DNA of 64,000 nucleotides from NCBI GenBank assembly GCA_000146465.1, contig CP001943.1; one strand, 5' to 3'. Shown piece by piece: positions 61,257 to 64,000 of this stretch (position 1 is its first letter; each line of letters starts with the position of its first letter). The notes under the pieces were generated by a model. It saw only the letters and a program-made list of their open reading frames with translations, ran no database searches and was not told where the DNA came from. The position numbers and the translations under genes were made by a program.

Positions 61257-61892
61257 TTGGATGCCGTCTTTAAGGGGTCAGGCGCTTGCCAATCCCTACA
61301 AATCACTTTTGTTTTGAGCCCCTGCATGGACAAGTTCCACTCGCTGGCCATAAAAGCATTACTTACATTTATTCTCACAACCGGAGTATTTGTGAATGAG
61401 GGCTCATTCAAGATGCCCTTATGGATTGGTCTGTTACCGGCTGTTTTGTTTAATCCAGCTGTGGCTGTATACTTTTACGTAAAAAGGATGGAATATAAAA
61501 AGAGGTTTTTGAGAAAAACATATAATCCCGGGAACAGAGCACTCTTGGGGTTTGCCTTCGGTGAGGTTTTGTCTATAATGCCATTTTATTGCATATCGGA
61601 GTACTGGAAAACCATGCTGTTGAACATCACTTTGGTGGCCATACTCAGCATTCTTCCAATGGTTGATTCCTCTGGAAGAAGAACAATACAGCTGGAGCGA
61701 AATGAGGAGTTTTTCAAAATAGGCTTCCTTAGAGTGGAACATGTCGAGGGTGGAGATGTGTGCCTTAACAAAGGCGAAGTCGTCCAGATTCTGGATCATT
61801 CTGGAGGAAGCACCACAGTAAGAAAGTCCGACGGAAGGGTCTTTACAATAGAAGACTCCTATATCGACGATGGAATCGACATTGTCCTGTAG
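61257..61892 (+). CDS. Four-TM membrane protein with C-terminal SH3-like domain (Sho1-like osmosensor candidate)
   Basis: Four hydrophobic segments then GDVCLNKGEVVQILDHSGGSTTVRKSDGRVFTIEDSYI (SH3-like pattern); start may be internal Met at about 61323. Confidence 0.4.
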   Translation: MDAVFKGSGACQSLQITFVLSPCMDKFHSLAIKALLTFILTTGVFVNEGSFKMPLWIGLLPAVLFNPAVAVYFYVKRMEYKKRFLRKTYNPGNRALLGFAFGEVLSIMPFYCISEYWKTMLLNITLVAILSILPMVDSSGRRTIQLERNEEFFKIGFLRVEHVEGGDVCLNKGEVVQILDHSGGSTTVRKSDGRVFTIEDSYIDDGIDIVL

Positions 61893-61996
61893 CAATATCA
61901 ATATGATTAGTAATCAGACAAATCTTTCAAATAAAATAGTACTAGATTTTCGAAAGTTATAGGAATAGCATGCGAGCATAGTTCATCCAACCACGT

Positions 61997-62494
61997 TTAT
62001 TCAACTAGAATGCCCTCGAAGTTCTCAACAAACCACTTCTTGGCATCTTCTGCATAGACCCTCTGCTTATTTCCAACCTTTGATCTGCATCTTCTCCTTT
62101 TCGATACCCTATCTCCTGGTCTTGAAAGAACTACAAAGAAGTCCATTCCGAAGATTCCGATGTTTGGATCATACTTCAGACCAAGGTCAATGTGCTCTTC
62201 AATTCCAAATCCAAAGCATCCGTTATTGCTGAAGCAACTCTCCTTAAGTTCGTATTCCTTGACCTTCAATGCTGTGTTGAGAAGCTCGTAAGCCTTCTTC
62301 CCAGATACATTGACATGGACAGCAATCTTCTCGTTTCTCCTAATTCCGAAGTTCCTGATGGTCATTCTTGCCTTCGAGGCCACGGGCTTCTGTCCAGTCA
62401 ACTGCTCGAGAACCTTTGCTGCCCTGTCAAGCTTCGCTCCGCTTTCCCGTGCACAAATGTGGATGGAAAGTTTCTTAATGCTTATCTCTCTCAT
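61997..62494 (-). CDS. RPL11: 60S ribosomal protein L11 (uL5)
   Basis: Near-colinear with eukaryotic RPL11: [68 protein letters not shown]. Confidence 0.9.
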   Translation of the reverse strand: MREISIKKLSIHICARESGAKLDRAAKVLEQLTGQKPVASKARMTIRNFGIRRNEKIAVHVNVSGKKAYELLNTALKVKEYELKESCFSNNGCFGFGIEEHIDLGLKYDPNIGIFGMDFFVVLSRPGDRVSKRRRCRSKVGNKQRVYAEDAKKWFVENFEGILVE

Positions 62495-62634
62495 TGGGTT
62501 TATCTTAAATTAGCCCGTTTCAACTTACTTTCTTCGATGCCATGTTGGGGATCAAATTTTTTTCGCTCAAAACTATTACAATCAAAGACCTCCAGTTGTC
62601 TAGAAATCTCAACGGTATCCCCCAGGATCTCTAG

Positions 62635-62949
62635 CTATCTTTCCGAAGACTTGTCCATCTTGATAAACCATTTCTTGTCTAGAATCTCACGGATGTATAC
62701 AACATTTCCGTCTTTGGCCCCCACTCCAACTTCTCTCTTCGAGGCCACAGGCTTTAAAGAAAACATCTGACTTCCATTCTTCAAGTACCAAGACCCATCC
62801 TCAAACTTCACAAGCTTTGTGTTAGAACAGGATTCCTTGTGTCTAACCTGGAATGTTCGGACCTCTTCATCTCCATACTCATTAGGATCAAAAACAAGCC
62901 ATCCAGGCTTCTTCACCAAAAAATGCATAGATAGGGTCTTGACATGCAA
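62635..62949 (-). CDS. Hypothetical small protein, 104 aa
   Basis: Only sizeable ORF in the 62.5-63.0 kb gap; no motif recognised. Confidence 0.3.
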   Translation of the reverse strand: MHVKTLSMHFLVKKPGWLVFDPNEYGDEEVRTFQVRHKESCSNTKLVKFEDGSWYLKNGSQMFSLKPVASKREVGVGAKDGNVVYIREILDKKWFIKMDKSSER

Positions 62950-63082
62950 ATTTAAATTCTGCCATTTGCAGGAGGCTAAAGAGGAAGGTTGTTTCTTGCT
63001 TGGTGGTACAGATGCATAGTACTTCCTGTTAGTTGCAAGATACTTCTAATTTACATACTGGTGAAATGCCCAACCCCATAAA

Positions 63083-64000
63083 ATGGAGCATCTACTGAAC
63101 GACATTCTGCAGAATCCCCAAGGGCCTTCTGTAAAGCATGTTGAAGAGCGCTTGGACGGAATTGACGGGCAACGTGAATTTGTGGAGCTTCTCAAGAGCG
63201 GAAACGGAATCGCATTTACTTACATGAAGACAAGATGTAAGGAGTGGACCGAGAACCCGAAACGCATTGAGATGATACACAGAATTCACGATGTTCTGTT
63301 CTCACTGATATTCACATCTTCCGAGCAGAACTTCGGGATCCTATGCTTCTTTTTCGAGACCTTGTATCTTTGCGGAAACGGATGGAGCAGCCTAGTTGAG
63401 GACTTATGTGCAAATCCAAATGGAAGAAGTGTAAGAGTTCTGAATCACATGTTCAACAAGTACAGGGTTTGCTCAAGAAGCAATGCCCTGTATGGCGAAA
63501 TAATAAGGAACATAGAGCTGTGCCAGGACATATTTAGGAAAGCATACTTCGAATCTCTTTCTGAAGACGAAAACATCCTTGGGATGTTCCACTCCCTGGT
63601 ATTTCAGGACATCCATCCCTTCTTTGAGAACAATGCAGATAGGTTTCTAGGATCATTTTGCAAGTTGCTACGTAAGCAAGTTCTCGAAAAGGATGTATGC
63701 GAGATCTTCAACTTGTTTGTAACAAAGTATCCCGAGTGTGTTGACATGACAAGGATTCTAGGAGTGGTGCTGACAACTATAACAGGATTCGATTATCTTA
63801 AGTATACTGTTCTGCTCAACATTGTGAAGAGAAAAAGCCATCCTGTCCTTTCTAAGTTCTCCGATGCGCTTTCAAATGCAGTGAAGATGGGCGCATTTGT
63901 GTCTGAGAACGAAATCATGGAAATGAATGAGGATGTGCTGCTGTATTCAAGAAATCTCCTAAAAGGTTACGATGTAAATAGAGGAATAATTATCGAGATG
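63083..64000 (+). CDS. Hypothetical protein, 5' part only (helical; at least 306 codons, continues past window end)
   Basis: ATG at 63083 preceded by in-frame TGA at 63062; no stop for 918 nt to the window edge, which is improbable by chance in AT-rich DNA; not in the ORF track because it lacks a stop. Confidence 0.5.
   Translation, partial: MEHLLNDILQNPQGPSVKHVEERLDGIDGQREFVELLKSGNGIAFTYMKTRCKEWTENPKRIEMIHRIHDVLFSLIFTSSEQNFGILCFFFETLYLCGNGWSSLVEDLCANPNGRSVRVLNHMFNKYRVCSRSNALYGEIIRNIELCQDIFRKAYFESLSEDENILGMFHSLVFQDIHPFFENNADRFLGSFCKLLRKQVLEKDVCEIFNLFVTKYPECVDMTRILGVVLTTITGFDYLKYTVLLNIVKRKSHPVLSKFSDALSNAVKMGAFVSENEIMEMNEDVLLYSRNLLKGYDVNRGIIIEM

Noticed and set aside
62192-62770. 192-aa plus-strand ORF
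   Set aside because: Antisense to the highly conserved RPL11 gene (61997..62494) and runs across the spacer into the next gene; no motif
1-64000. Searched for CRISPR arrays, transposases, reverse transcriptase, LTRs and inverted terminal repeats
   Set aside because: None seen; no repeated spacer-repeat structure, no RT/transposase/integrase-like ORF; the only repeats are coding microsatellites

Overview
This window is a gene-dense, AT-rich, apparently intron-free stretch of a compact eukaryotic nuclear genome. It holds about 60 protein-coding genes in 64 kb on both strands, with many intergenic spacers under 100 bp, no mobile elements and no CRISPR arrays. The gene content is opisthokont/fungal-like: lipin, Sof1, Bud20, Spf1, Pup3, Rpn2, CCT4, Mps1, a polo kinase, a GATA factor, and an adenylate cyclase with leucine-rich repeats, a PP2C-like region and a cyclase domain. 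Many products are shorter than their yeast counterparts, which suggests a reduced genome such as a microsporidian or related early-diverging fungal lineage; the species cannot be determined from sequence alone. Two tRNA genes, Ser-CGA on the minus strand and Thr-CGU on the plus strand, flank the SF3b14 gene. The six-frame track labels at least one non-ATG (GTG) start as M, so several start coordinates are approximate. The most accessory-looking part is a same-strand run of four signal-peptide genes encoding low-complexity charged proteins at 9.5-12.9 kb, three of them paralogous. Also notable are several very short bidirectional promoters, a fungal-type adenylate cyclase paired head-to-head with a candidate Sho1-like 4TM+SH3 protein, a Nup116/Nup98-type FG nucleoporin ending exactly at the autoproteolytic HF dipeptide next to a candidate Nup82-like gene, and an XPG-fold protein whose catalytic residues appear substituted. 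All product calls come from motif recognition by eye and were not checked against any database.
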